The notes: generated from the letters alone by a model not told the origin. Counted from the stretch's first letter, positions 12,974-27,314 are shown. The stretch: 64,000 nt of DNA from Octopus sinensis (GCF_006345805.1 NW_021832231.1:930001-994000); one strand, 5' to 3'. Numbers and translations: made by a program.

Positions 12974-15900
12974 ATGCGATCTGCTGCTGTTGAGTCATAC
13001 GTACCTAACGGCCAAAAGTACTTTCCAAATTGTGAGAAAAGCACGGTTATTCACACAACTGAATATATAGACTCCTAAATGGTTTCTGGAAAGTTGGAAA
13101 CACGACTGCGACGAGGAGATTGAAGTTTATTACCGAGGGACTGCGGTTATAATAACAAGAGGATATCAATCCTCTACGAGACAAATCTACAAGCAATTCG
13201 AACTAGAACACAGTCTTTTATCAGTTTATTCCCATTCCTGAAGAATATAGGTCTGCCTGCTCAAAATAGGGGGGAAACCTGAAAAGAGTGTGTGCATGCT
13301 GGACAAGAGTGGACTCCTCACAGTCCAAATGTCAGAGGGGAACTGCCACTACAACACTCTTCCAATCGTAGTCGAGGGGATGTGGCCAATCCTCGACGGA
13401 ATTTTGTTCAAACGGCAATGCTCGCCGGGGGATGTCAACACGTTAGAATACGCTAATCACAACAGGGATGTCTTGCCCAAAGTATTCAGTCTTTTTCACC
13501 CAATCGACGAATTGGCCCCAGTCCTGCTCGAAGGTTCTTTTTTAGTTTGATTGTGCAGAACAACGTCAGGTTATTGATTACTTTACTCGGGACTTTTATG
13601 AGATAATTTACACATCAAGCAGTCCGTCCTTGATATTCTTATATGATTGGTCAATCAATGCACACGTGGTCTGCACATTCAGGACAATTGGCCAAGAAGA
13701 CTTGCTTCTCCTCCAACAAAACAGAGAGAGGTCGAATGTGGGCAACACTATTCGTGATCAGTCCAACTCTATGATTCAACAGATGGCCATGTGCCCCTTC
13801 TCCACTCCACAAAATAAGTTTTTTTTCAAACAAGGCGTTCAAGTGCCTCTTCAACACATTCACACGTCTCCCCTGCCGCTTTCTCGCACTCGACGTTTTT
13901 CGTACTCCATTGCGTCCTCTCTCCCTGCTAATAGTGCCATTCCTTCCAACACCTCTGCCAGCTCACTCCCTAATGAAGTTTCTAAAGGTGTTCTTCCACA
14001 AATTTGTCTGGAAAGAGTTTGGGTTGAAAACACGTTTGTCGTTTTTCATTAGTCATTAGAGTGCCAAACAACACAAAAGCCACCAAAATATTTGTCAGTC
14101 TTGACATCTGTGATAATGTTTATTTGTGTTATCTGGTCTCCGACGAGTTGCGGTCAACTCATTAATTTAAATCTTGCAGAATGGTCACAATTCGAGATTC
14201 CAAGTACAACATGGTCAGCTCTATTCCCGCTATCGATGCGTGTTCTGTGAAAGGACTCAACGCCTTGCTCATTCAGAATCTTCAGGGGACCCTTTCTCTG
14301 TACAATGGTCCTAATCTGGTCGTATTGTTGAGTGATATTTAAGGTCACTAACATATCATTGTGTATTCCACGTTCCATGTCGACCAGTCAGCTCCTTGGC
14401 TCTCACAATTATTCAGTATTTGTGGTAATTTACTGACAATTAATAATCAGATGAGAAACGAGGTGGTGGAATGTATTCATTTATGGGAGTTATATTCCAC
14501 CGAAATTGGTTTACTAATTAGTATTACTCTGTAGTCGGGATGTGCCTTAAAGCTCTGTTTAAGTTATTGCCACTGCAAAAGTGCAGTAAGTTGTTTGGAA
14601 TGTGGTATTGTGGGGAGGTTGGGTGTGATGATGAGTGGTTTCGATTCCGCCATTTCCTTTTGTTTGTTTGTGGACTCGAATTTGAGGTGTGTGCCCAGTC
14701 TTGTGGTGACCATTCGCAAGCAAAGAGGGTTTGTCTTCAGAATGACGAGTCTATTCTTTCAATAAAAGCGTACAACGACGACTGCTTCCTTTCAAATTGG
14801 TTATTGGACACCCTGTTTGCTCTTCACTGTGTTTATGAAGTACATAAATCCCTTCAATGTAGAACCTGAAATTACTTCCACACTTGTTTGAGTATATTCC
14901 TGACTTGGGGGAAGTCCTGTATCACATTGCCCGGTGTGGTCATTCCTATTTACCTGATAGAAAGTCGTGTCTGATTGAATATATGCATCACTATTGGAGA
15001 GACGATCCTCGTCTCGAGTTTGACTTTGCGGCCTACCATTTCCGTATTATCATCTGGGTTATTTTTAGCCGTTCTTCAGTCAATTGAGTGCAAATATTTT
15101 TGTCCAACTCCGCCCAATATCATGGAATGGATGAGCACTGCTTATTCTAGCTCATCTCCTGGCAAATTTTTGTGTTTGGAGGGAGTGTGCACTGATACTC
15201 GGGTTGTAGTGCAGGTGAATTCCAGCCTTCATTCTCAGTTAATATCCGTAATCACGCAGCTGAGACTTTGCAGTGAAATGGAGTTACAGGTCAAGTCTGT
15301 TATGGGAGAGAATGTCAACTTTCGTGGTTCAGAGCGGATTATTATTCGAAAGAAGGAAAAGGAGTGGAGTCCAATGGAGAGAGTTGTGATGGCTATCAAT
15401 AAACTGAGTATTCACTCCACTTAAACAAGTAGAACTAACTTGGCTGCAGTTAGAAAGTATGCCTGGAAGTATATCTATTCCGTGCGCCCATTCCATATTG
15501 TGGGTCATTCGGTATTCCACGAACAGTCATGTCTTGTCATCACAGCTACTAAGTTGTCTCATTCCCTCAATTTGTAGACTCTCTAGTTGACCTGCAAAGG
15601 GAGACTGATGAGTGCAATGAAGAAGACGAGTTGGAGGTTTGCCCTTCAAATGAAATCAAGTTCCCTGAGGACAGCCGTCATTCGGATGCCCGTCGAATGT
15701 TAAGCAGTGAAGAACCAGTGATGATTGCAATTAAAGAACACGACGAGGATTTGATGTAAATCAGAATTAGTCACTGTAGAGATTTTGAACTCATGGAAGG
15801 AAAATTAGCAGATGGTTTCGTTCGAGTTTTCGCCAACTCAGTGGGACGGTGTGTTTCTCTCGTTATCGACTAGAGGGATGATGACATATTTAGAAAGTCG

Positions 15901-18415
15901 CCTTTATGGATCGGAGACATTTCAAATCCCTAAATTATGCGTCACTGGGAAACTGATTCCGAGGTGACCTATTTCCTCATATGCAGTGGGAGGATTCTTG
16001 AATCTAAAAAGACGGATGCGGATTTCTTGTCGTGGGGGGAGTTCCACAACGGCGTGGCTGCCGGACTGCGCATATCTCAAAACTGCAAGGTTTGAAACGT
16101 CCATTTTATTTAGGTGGACTCTGCGTGGATCTCGTACTACCGACTAAAGACTGGGAACATTTCGTCAGAATATGCTGGAATGTTGCTCGGACTGGGTCTT
16201 AATGGACATTTGCAGAATATTGCCTCTCGTTTACAACACAACTACCTCAAAATTGTCACTTCATATGGTATTACTTGCTAGGGAAACGCCCAATGCACTA
16301 TGGCAGTGCTGATTGGACTGGCTGCTGGAAAGTTGTTGTGTGTTATATAGTTCAGGTTCGGAAGTGCTGACTTGTCGGTGACTGCTCTGCTCAACGTGCA
16401 TAGTTCTGCCCTCCTCCCTTCGGCTGCTTCTCAATTCGAGTTTCCTGTCAGTGTGCAGTCATCAGCTCTCCTCGGAATAGGCATGGTTCATTTTCGTTCT
16501 TGGAATGTTTGCCTACTCAACACTCTTTTAAATGAGATCGGTTTGGTTACTAAATTAACGTCCAGCTGTCTTTAGTTCGCCGGACGAAAGCTGCGTGGGT
16601 CTGGAAGCCTATTCTCTGAGTGCTGCTTTATCCTTTGGAATGATTTCTATGGGAGTTAGCAAAGCCTCATTTATTTGTAGAAAGGGAGTGACTCCAAGAA
16701 TGATGAGGTTGTCAAAATGACTCAGACACTCTTGTACTTGATGGAAGGGGGTAGAAAGTCACGAATGGTATTTGTTTATTGATTTATTATTCTCAGTATT
16801 CCCTCAGAGGCAGTGTTCATAATAATCCAAGTCATGTTCTGAGAGTATATTTGTTATTAATTAGTGGAGGATGGGAATATGATTAGCAACCACATTTCCT
16901 CATTTGGGGCAACAATTGCTCTTGGCTTACTTTATTTTTCAACCTCCGATTGCAATATTATGGACACCCTGGCATTGCCAAAAGTGGGTTTGGTAGCCCT
17001 CTCATTCCACAAGCCTGAAATGTTAACACTCAGAGTGTTAATTTTTCATTCATTCGCAGGCACTTGCTCATTCATTTGTTGATTGGGAAAATCTCGAGTG
17101 CTCCGCTCAATATATCATAGACCATCTCCCTTCTTATGTTGCCAATTTATTGCTAAATATTAGATGTTTGATGGGGGACCCTTTTCACTGTCGACTATAT
17201 TAACCAAACAGAACAGCACTCTTATCTGGTAGTGAATATATCATTAGAACAGGCAATCGTTCTTGGCTCACATTGCCGGCTGGTCCTTGACGGTGGGATT
17301 TAAATTTATCGGAACTAAGGATGAAAAGGCAGTCGATACACTTGTAGATTTTTATATAATTCCAGATGAGTCTGTTTTGGCCTGTCTTGGATAGTTCTGA
17401 GTCCGCCGTTCAAGAGAACTGTCTTCTCTGTCTACTCCTCTCTGCCTCTATGGTGGAGTAAATATTTTTATAATTTTAGATCCTGGCCGGTAGCGGAAGT
17501 GTGCTTATTCTCAGAATATGTCGATACCTTAGATCTCGGGATAATCAGCCTCATGTCACCTATGGGTCTCATTTGGCTGTTGCTATGTCAATTGGCTTAT
17601 GTTTCTTTGGAGGATGCCGGTTTGCTGCGTAGTATCATGGCAGAGCTCGATTTGTCAACTCTCCTAAGGCAATTGTTGGTCTACTTTGTGCATTCTATCC
17701 TCAATTCCCAGCCACACCTGCGGATAATCGATATCATCTCCAGGCAATGCGACATCTCTATACACTAGCATCTCCTGGTCGACCTGCTGTTATAACAACT
17801 ACTTCGCATTCGAATATAATTGCTGTATTCTGCTGATTTAATGTTGACAGAAACGGCTGGAGGATTATATCATGAGGGAAATAGTCACAGTACTTATTGA
17901 TGTAGTAATTTGTAGTATTCGAGTAAACTGGCTCTTTCCTCTTGTTCGTATCTACTCCACTTGAACCACTTTCGACTAATTCACAAATTCTACATGTTTC
18001 CTAATTCGCTTTTGGACATATCGCAACGTGTCGGTCCTTCTCATATGCTTTATTTGGATGATGTGCATTCACAAATATTTGTCATTACGGATATGATTCA
18101 TCGTAGGTTGGAAAGGGACTTTGAGAGTAATGTGTAATCGTCTAATCTGCAGTGGGACAGTCACGACAATTATTGTGTTACATGTTGGGACCCAGGCTTT
18201 CGGATTATGGTAAAATACAGGCAGTGCTTATTTGGTTTGGAGTTGACTTGAGTTATGATAAGACCATTGGATCGTCGAGTATGACTGTTTTTTTATTGGT
18301 AGGCCCCTCGTCTGTGCCATCCACAACCCTTCCTGCTCTGCTGAAGTCAATTCCAAAAGCATCTCTTGATTTTTTAAGATTTTTGTGTGCAAGATTATCT
18401 AATGATACCCATTGA
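12974..18415 (+). CDS. ANAPC1: anaphase-promoting complex subunit 1, many microintrons
   Basis: After removing 24-27 nt introns: SLFHPIDELAPV, WGEFHNGVAAGLRIS, EYAGMLLGLGLNGHL, VQSSALLGIGMV, FGATIALGLLY, HLQAMRHLYTLA. Not every exon traced. Confidence 0.92.
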
Positions 18416-18921
18416 TAATAATTTTTCTATTTCATTGAAAATTTTCCAATTTATTTTTAACTTTAAAATTTTATTATAGAATAAAATAATATTCTAGTTT
18501 GAGGTACTTTCTGAAAAAATAGGCTTACATTCCTTTTAGAAGAAAAATTAGCCTTTTCTTGTTTTAAATTTCCATTACGAATTCAATATCTAACTGTGCT
18601 ATCAGGACCTCTCCCCTCTGGTGTATTCTCAAATAAAAGTTTCCTTTTTGTTTGAAGAGAAGTGAAAAATTGAAAATGCTTCTTTAAATCAAAATTCGAA
18701 AAAATCTATTTTTATTGAATTTCAATAGTTAATTATTCTAAGCCAAAAATAAAGCAATTAGACGGAAACTAAGAAATGAATGTTAAGGTATCAATTTATC
18801 GACTCGGTTAACAATTAAACAGAATAAATGATTTTGTCAAACAATTTATTGATTAGCAAACATTTTTAACAGAGAAAGTAAAAGAACAGATTTGGGGAAA
18901 ACAAACAACGTTAACCAATTG

Positions 18922-19758
18922 TTAGGTAAGTTGTGAATTGGACTTTTCAATCAAAGATGACAATTCTGGTTTGACATCGGTTTGATTGGTACTCTCAGGC
19001 ATGCCATTTTCTGTTATTGTACCTATAATGTAAAAATATTAAACTAAGGAATACCAGGATACAGGACCTCCGGAGATTTTATTGATTGAGACTTAGAAAG
19101 GCGCTTAATAATTTCAATATTTTGTAAGCGAGCCTTGGCATATTGTTTTTTAAGTTCAGAATATTGTTTCACCTTATCGATACATTCTTTTGACAGACCC
19201 TGAAATAGAATATACATGGAAAAACATTAATATGTTTTTTTGTATTTTTGAGGATTTCCAAACAAGTGTTTTTGCCGGTTTTAAGATCGGGAGGAATTGT
19301 ATCTTGCAAATGAGTTAATTGCTTCTTCATTTTGTTTCGTCTTGAAAATAAAATTCAAACAAAACATATGAATAATTTTAGAATAATAAATCAGCCATTT
19401 TGATCATGAACGTGAATTAACATACACATAACATAACCGCAATAATACATAATTTATGATAAATAAGTATATGGAGCTAACCTCAGGCGTTCCATTGCAC
19501 AGTGTGAGTCTCTAAACAATTAGTATCATGATGACATTACCCTATTGATTGTTTGGATTCGGTCATTGTAGCAAAAGAAGAAATATCGCTAACATCGTTG
19601 TTTGTATCAACAACCATTGGAGAAGGCTTGATATCCCGTGAAGAAGCAAGACGCTGTGCTTCTTCTCTTTCAAGATATTCGGCAGCTTGCAGAAGAAGGT
19701 ATATTCCTCCCATTTCTTTATCCTCAATTGAACAGTTCTCCGACTTATTCGAATCCAT
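18922..19758 (-). CDS. Mad/Mxd-family bHLH-ZIP repressor
   Basis: Sin3-interaction motif IYLLLQAAEYLEREE; spliced basic/HLH region DSHCAMERLRRNKMKKQLTHLQDTIP...TCLEILKNTKKHI; one ~141-nt intron (19341-19481), others ~26-32 nt. 3' end approximate. Confidence 0.8.
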
Positions 19759-20029
19759 CAAAAATATAAATAAACGACAAGCCATACTTATAAATGAATT
19801 AATGACGTCACATTTATCGTTTCGATCGTATACATTTGGTGGGAATATTTTATCACTCGCGATATGTTTACTTGAGGAGGATAATTGTGAGCTTTAATTT
19901 GGTTATATTAATCTTTTAATCCGCCTTTCCTTTTCATTTTTGTAATATACTACATAAATAAGTTTATTATGAATAAAAACAAGAGAAAAGTAGATAAAAT
20001 AATATTTATTAAATTAAATCTTTGGACAA

Positions 20030-20990
20030 AATCAATGTATTGACAATTGATGAACCTAATTGAAATAGTTAGTTATTCTTAATGCTCTAGTGGTATGGAT
20101 TGCCAAAACCATAAAAAGGTAAGAAATGAGAATAAAATCATCATCCACTATCCCTCAGATGGAATATCACCTCAAATACCTAAATTGTTTTTATTTAGTC
20201 GATTTTGTTGGTAGAATGTAAATTCAACTATCAAGCTACCGCAAATCAAATATATTATTTTCCACTCTCATTTTTTTAAAAATCCATAACAATCTTGTTA
20301 TTTAATGATCGCTCAATAAAATTTTCTGTTAATCAATTATTATTTACATTAGCGGTCTTTTTCATTCTCCTAATTGAACTGCCCATTCATTATTGTTACT
20401 GCAGATAATTGTTTTTCTCGGTAAAAATATTTCAAGGAACATAAACAAATGGAGTTGCATTTTAATTAAATCCATGATTATAATGAATCTGAAATTGATT
20501 ATTTTTTAACCAGACAGAATCTTTACGTCTGAGAGGAGAAACCATTTATTAAAATTCCTTACACCTTCGGTCTGTTGTTAGCTTCTCCGAAGGCGAAGGA
20601 ATCAAACAATGTAAAGTGTACAGAACAATCTCATTATTTCATAAAGAAAACGTTAGAAAGCATGGTTATTGAGCACAGACATGTCATGAAGATTGACAAC
20701 TATCAAATTATCAAGGCAACTAATAGTCTTACCGTTAAATGCGAAGAACTAGAAGTGTTAGTTGACATGCCAATACAATAAGGAATGGTGTCGAAATCTC
20801 TGAAGAACGACTCTACTCAGCAGTTCTAGACTGGAGATGAACAGCACTTGAGGCATGCTGTCGTCCTGAATATAGCCCTTTTTAGCTTAATTCCGTCTAT
20901 ATCGAATTTGTTTTAGTGTAGATGAAAATTCCATCTGTCCACAAAGTTGAAGCAGATTTGAACTATAAAACCTGAGTTTTCAAAAACATT
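20030..20990. other. unresolved coding-like region, possibly one or two small genes
   Basis: Canonical-looking gtaag...cag 40-nt intron at ~20119-20158, hydrophobic stretches, raised GC; no consistent gene model on either strand. Confidence 0.25.
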
Positions 20991-21179
20991 CAACAATGAG
21001 GCATTATTAGCCTATGCATATTAAAAATAATTTCATTAAAAATTATTTTTTTAGTATTCATTCGAGTGTTATCGATATAAATTATTTAGCATTATCGTAT
21101 AATGATATTAGTGTGATTCTATTTAATTTACAAAAAACTAGGATCTACGTACATTTTGTTTAGGAATAAAAAATAAATA

Positions 21180-24100
21180 TTATCCTTCAAAAGGTATCAG
21201 ATGTTTAGAAGTATCAATTTCACTTAGTTGCTCGACAAAAATGATTGACCGAAAACATCGGGAAGAATTCTTCAACATGTGCATCACTAAAGAACCCTTC
21301 GTTGATCATTTTATCCACAAACAAAGCGACATATGAACCATCACTAAAAATTAATTATTAGATTCAACAGAGCACACTCCTTCGCCTGCTGGATAAGACT
21401 TAGAGAAATACAACACAATTCTAAAAAGTCCCGCCCCTTGCTTGAGTGATTTTGTGCGAAAAAAGACCCCAAACCAACAACAAATGCAGTGCCATCTAAC
21501 ACTCGCTGAGTTCCAACCTTTTGCGTAAAAACCAGTCTTTTATGAGCAGAAATTAACAGAGATAGAACAAGAATGGACAAATCAGGAATATTACCAGGTG
21601 TTATATAAATCTATGACAATAAAACCAGAAATACTTTCTTATATGGGTCGGACAAACCACCCAATTCGAGAAAAGCGTCAAGTTCGGCAAATAGTAAATC
21701 ATTGCTAGGATATGGCTTGGACCAGTCCAAATAGTGTTCCTGGAGAGATAGCATTATAGCTCTAAAATAATAACGGGTGGCCGTAACTTATCGAAAATTG
21801 TCAGCGAAGACTCGAGTCGACCAGAGTATTGCTCGAACAAAGTGTGTAGTTTAAGAGCGATTTGTTTACGCAAAATCACAAGCTGGCCAACCTACAAATA
21901 CTTATCAAATATAAACTCTGCACACTGCGAGCAACAAATTGTTAGAAACACGGGAAAACTTGTCGAAGCAAAACGCGATATATGAACAGACTGCAATAAA
22001 AACATAATGAATACAGTCTTGATCGTTGTACTCAAAGAGACTTTTAGAGAATGAAATGAGGGCGAACTCGGTTGTTCGTAGTTGGCCGAACTGTTCGACT
22101 AGTTGTTGCATATTATAGCATAGCATCAGTCCAAAGTACTTGTCCAGACCCCTCAGTCCGGCCACATCAATACTTTCCTGTCAAAATTAAAACTTTTAAA
22201 AATACATATAGCAAATCAAAAATTCTGACATCAGTCAAATTCCCTGTCTTGAACGATGTCCAGGAGCATGGGTTCAATTCAAAAAATGTTTTCCTGCGAA
22301 TTAAACAGTTTAGAATCAACCGTGGATCAGTTAAATCAAGTAGTTGATCAGCCAAGCATTTAATAAACGAAGAATTGTTTTGCCCAGAAATATTATAAAA
22401 CGGAATCGGTACTGTACTCGACTGATAAGAACTCGACCAATCATAAACCTAGAAATATTCGATGAAAAATAACCTTATTTCTCAAAAATAGATTGCATTC
22501 ATGTTCAACGTAGTAAAGCACAGTCCTTGTGAGTTCTTCTTGCCATATATGTAATCCTTGGACACAAATATAGTCCTGAGCATACTCCAAAGCTCTTCTG
22601 AAGGAGCCCATTCGAGCACCGAGTGAGTTGAGAACATCTTCAAGCTTTAAAGACCCTCCGCTGCTCTAAACACTGATACAAAAAAACACTTTTCCAATAA
22701 AAGGGACGACTAATCCATTAAAGAGCGTAGATGATATAAACTTTACAACTTCTCTCCTTATCCCATTTTCGAGCAAGTGTTTAAAATCTATCTTAACTAC
22801 TCCCACAAGAGTCGTCTCAATAAGGAGGATTCCCTGAGCCATGAGTGAGACCGAATTAATAATCTCGGCAACCTAATAAATGTGAGGACTAAACTACTTT
22901 ATATCGTTTTTCTAACTGAACGTAGTCTCTAAGTTCACTTTTCTGCAGACGAGAAGGAACTTGTCGCAAATCTTTGCTAAGATAGAAGGAAACTTGATTT
23001 AACTTTTCAAAAATAGTTTGGGGAATAATCTAGTATTGAGAAACACAAGAACAACTTGAAGAATATCTTCAATAAATTTGACAAGTAATGTGGAATAGTG
23101 TTGAGAAACCGATTCCATGTCAGGGGAGGACGCCTCATTGATTCTTATTAGAGGATAATTGAGGACTGAGGCAATCTTGAGAAAAGCAGCTCTGAGGCGA
23201 ATAACAGTTGAAGGATCGTCTTTGATAGTGGATTGCAAAAGGGGGACATATCTGTGCTATAATTGTCATAAAAGACTGTTTAAGGGCGGGCCACAAATAG
23301 GGGGAATCGGCAATGGCCTGCATTTGATTGAGAAGATCACTTTTGGTATTGGCGGCTCGAAACATTTTCTGGAGCGATTTTTGGACAGTGTTGAGGAGTT
23401 GTACTGCTTGAAGATTCTCTTGCAGCTCAGGATATCCCAAAATCTGCCAAATGTACCATCACTAAACAAACATTGCGCAAGGAAGTGATCACACTCCCTA
23501 TTTTCCTCCCGACGGCGATTCCATCAGCAAAATCAAGAGAATCAACAAGTTTGCTGACCCGCATAAACCACTTTTGGAAGGATTCTAGGAATAATGTAAC
23601 ATAAAACCATTTTTCTCAAACTCTGCCAATGATAGTGTTCCGTCGAATGCCCTGGATAGGCGTGTCAGAATTTGAGTGCAGGACGATTTATTATGGTTCC
23701 ACGTCTCTTCTCGTTTTACAACTAACAATTCGAATGTCTATTTGTTAGTTTTCAAATCAAACTTGCATCAACTCAAATTCGAGCTGAGAAAGAACAATGA
23801 ATAAGTGAAGTATTGCTTGGGAAGGAATTACTTTAATCATATTCTCATTAAATTGTCTCCATTTTTTTCGGCTGGTCTCTGGCCCACCCACAACTGCCAA
23901 ATATACCACAAGGAGAACCATCCGTGTTATTAACGTGGAGCATAGCCCAGCGTAAGGACAGATTGGCCCGTCTAACGAGGGCAACAAGACTGTCAATGTT
24001 GTTACTCACAGTTTTCTTAATTGCTCCAGCTCGAAGATGGTTAATAATCGATTCCGTCAGTGTTGGGATAGGGTCTACGTATGCTACCACTTGTTGCCGT

Positions 24101-25286
24101 ATGTTGTCGAGGACCAATGTGTTGGACAAGGCAGAAGAAGCGGCCTTGTATGAAGCCCACAAATCAATCAAATTAACAGGAATTCCCGTGTAGAGAGTAA
24201 TTATCTACGATTGGGAACCAGCCAGGAAACCCAATTATCAGGGAAGAAACGGTCCACTATCTCTCTCATAACGACTTTTTTGTCGTGAAGAATATCTGGA
24301 GAAAAAAAGAGTGTGACGCAAAGCATTGCAGCCTGTCCAGAATAGGCAGCAGACCGTTCTTCTGGCAAAGGAAATACCTCGCTCTGTCCATACAACTCAT
24401 CTGATCTGAGCCTGGTGATCGTCATTGCCACATATGACTCGGACATGGGTATTCTCCTTGGAATTTGTGGATTGAATTATACGCAAAATATGAATCCAGA
24501 CTCCTGCTCCCCGTTTGATTGCTTCGAATTAGTTTCCCGACCTGATCGACTGCAGACTCGGGAGAAGAGCGGTGGGAACTAAGATTAAGATGTAGTGGAT
24601 AACCCATATCGATAATAGGCCACCAACAACCGTTCTCTCACTATTCCGTCGATGGAAAAGTCGAGAACATACAGCATGATTCCATACAAGTAGACTAGCT
24701 CGCACTATGGAGATATATACAAAGTTAGGGCAACTAGGAGTTGTTTCCCGTCACTGTTTTGAAAAACGGTTTCGAGAGTAAGTTGAATATAGACTCCTTC
24801 CTCGAGTGCCTCAATAAAACTAGAAAACTGAGGGTAAATCCAAACCGGTTTATATCGCAAGCATATTTATAAATGGACTCAAATACTGCATAAAAACGCA
24901 GAATTATATCAAAGTAATTTTCCTTAAATTCTCGATCCAGTTCTACTAATTTCTGAAAAAATAATTAAAATGAATGGCTTAGGTAATTATTTGTAATAAT
25001 ATAGACCACAAACCTGATTTGATTCAAATTGGGAGTCGTAGAGAGCAGGGGAAACGAAATATGAAAAGTCCATTAAAATTTGTTGATATTTAATTGTGTC
25101 AGCGTTTGTTGGATCGAGATTGAATATTGGAGGCACGAAACCCGAAAGGCGTGTAATTTCAGTGATAATTGCATGTCCACGGGCGACAAGTTTAAGGAGC
25201 AACTGACCACACTGATTATCCTCACTAAGGAAATCGGATATAGGCTACAATCCTAAACTAATATTGTCTACCGAATTTAGGTCCAT
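21180..25286 (-). CDS. WASHC5: strumpellin (WASH complex subunit 5)
   Basis: DFLSEDNQCGQLLLKLVARGHAIITEITRLS; FPLPEERSAAYSGQAAML...MREIVDRFFPDNWV; LRAAFLKIASVLNYPLIRINEA; GLRGLDKYFGLML. Confidence 0.95.
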
Positions 25287-26012
25287 ATAGACAACAATAT
25301 GTTAATTGATTTAAATAAGTAGTTTATAATCAATTAAATCTAAATTTTTAACGACGCACATAAACATGGTAATATATAAAAATAGTTGACACACCTCAGC
25401 AAATTTTCTCGCCGTGTTCCGCGAAAACTGCCATTCAAAACGCGGTGTGGCGTTGTTGAGTTGGCCCTTAGGCTCATGAGTACCCTTTCTGGCACTTACC
25501 CTAATTAGCATTTAATTTGCTTTAAATCACAGCATAGGGGTAAAATGAGAGAAAATTCTGGATGCGGCGTCTAGTTAGAAACTTTTAGGTGGATTATATA
25601 TTCACCAAGGTTAGTCGGAGAAGTAGTTTAAATATAAAAACAAATTCAATCACGATTTTCCATATTAAATTAACCAATCTATGTACTGAGCTTTCGGATT
25701 AAATAAAAAACAACACTCCTTCCCTTTTCTTCCTCTTCGCTTGCTCTATAAACCTCAGAGAAGAGACAATCCAACTCCTCTCCCTGACTAATGTCAGTCA
25801 AACATCAACGAGATACTTTTCAAAGTTCTAAGTCGACTGCCTGTAGAAAAACATGCAACTGCCACAAGTGACCCTTTCAGCCTTAGCTCGTTTGCCTTAG
25901 ACCTCTTCTCCACTGACGATATATGCATGTGATGTGCATGTCATCTGTGGACCACAGTGTGGTGGACAAGAATAAGGAAGTGAAAATAGCATTTCAAACA
26001 AATATTAGCTGA

Positions 26013-26315
26013 TTAGTGTTGGTCACCGTATCCAAGCATGTTCTCAATCCCAACAGTGAGCATAGTAAGACCAACGGCTACTGGAAAGCCTTTAAAGATG
26101 GATCGGAACAGATATTGATAACGGGGGACATAATTCGGTCTAGCAAATCTCCAAACTTCGTTTCTAGTAAAATGATTGTATAACACATGCCTTATCCAGG
26201 GATCCTTCAAGCCCTTTGCTTTTAACATTTTTTGAAGTTTTTCTAATTCTTTAATTCCTTCAACCTTTTGAGTACGCCAGTCTGGGATTATATAAGGTGG
26301 ACCACTTCCGCCCAT
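26013..26315 (-). CDS. NDUFB3: complex I subunit B12
   Basis: PDWRTQKVEG...KGLKDPWIR|NEVWRF plus C-terminal TM helix; inferred 27-nt GC-AG intron 26164-26190. Confidence 0.9.
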   Translation of the reverse strand: MGGSGPPYIIPDWRTQKVEGIKELEKLQKMLKAKGLKDPWIRHVLYNHFTRNEVWRFARPNYVPRYQYLFRSIFKGFPVAVGLTMLTVGIENMLGYGDQH

Positions 26316-26903
26316 CTGAATAACCAATACGTAAATACAATTAAAGAATTTGTGTAAATTTTTATTCATAAAAACATTTATTTATTATTTAAATGAAATA
26401 ATTGTCTTAATATCAGAATTGGTGCCTGCCTCCGAATTGGGTCTTTTTCTGCACTGAAACAGCACGTTCTGCACGTCACGATGTGCGAATAAGATCATAC
26501 CCCTCATTCGTTACAACTTCATGGATGATAGACTGACACCCGATCGGATGACTATTTTCTTGTTTGAAAACAACACGTGTCGTACCTCAGAAGCAACGTG
26601 CATGAACATTTATTCACTTCATTCTGAACTGGATCACTTCAAACTTGTCGAAAGGAATTAAATTGCGAATTACTTTCGTTTCGATACGTCTGGAGTTCAA
26701 GGAGCTTGAGCATGAAATTTGATTAAAGGGGTTTGGGACGGAGTGACAAGTCCTGGCTTTTAATTGATTTCATGATTGTTTAGTTTAAATAAAAAAATTA
26801 ATTTACTTACGAGAAAACAGAATATCTCCCATATTTAGTTTGTAATAAATAAATGGAATTTTTAAAATTTTATTTAATAATAAATATTAAGTACAGGTCT
26901 TGT

Positions 26904-27260
26904 ATGGCTTTTGAGAATTCTGCAAATCCCTCTATAAGTACAAGCGAAACGGTAAGAATTAAATATTATAAATATATTTAGGTTGAAATATCTCGCCCTA
27001 ATCTTATTTTACGTCTTCGACCTCCTAAGAAATCTAAAAAAGTCAAATGGACAGAGGAAACAGTCGATAACGAGCATTTGAATAGGAAGAAATCAAAATG
27101 TTTTATTTCTTATATTGCATGTCGTCCAGGCTGCTGTGTATTCGAGAAACGCAAAAATTTTGACGAATCTACCTCTGAGGACGAGGAAGCTTACTGCACT
27201 CCGAATTGCTGCGGACATAAATCTAAAAATGATTATAAAAATCCTAATGTTTTTTTGTAA
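26904..27260 (+). CDS. PPP1R11: PP1 inhibitor-3 (Ypi1 homolog), 3 exons
   Basis: [26 protein letters not shown] after removing two 30-nt introns (first 26952-26981). Confidence 0.93.
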
Positions 27261-27314
27261 TTACTCGTTATTTACAATTCGATTAAACAATGACAACTAA
27301 TCATTTTCATATAA

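Noticed and set aside
16020-16560. Alternative genetic code or stop readthrough to explain the many stops
   Set aside because: In traced regions every stop falls inside a GT-AG microintron, and the standard code gives conserved proteins.
13630-17768. Many separate ORFs in 13-18 kb and 21-25 kb as independent genes
   Set aside because: They are exon fragments or antisense frames of ANAPC1 and WASHC5.
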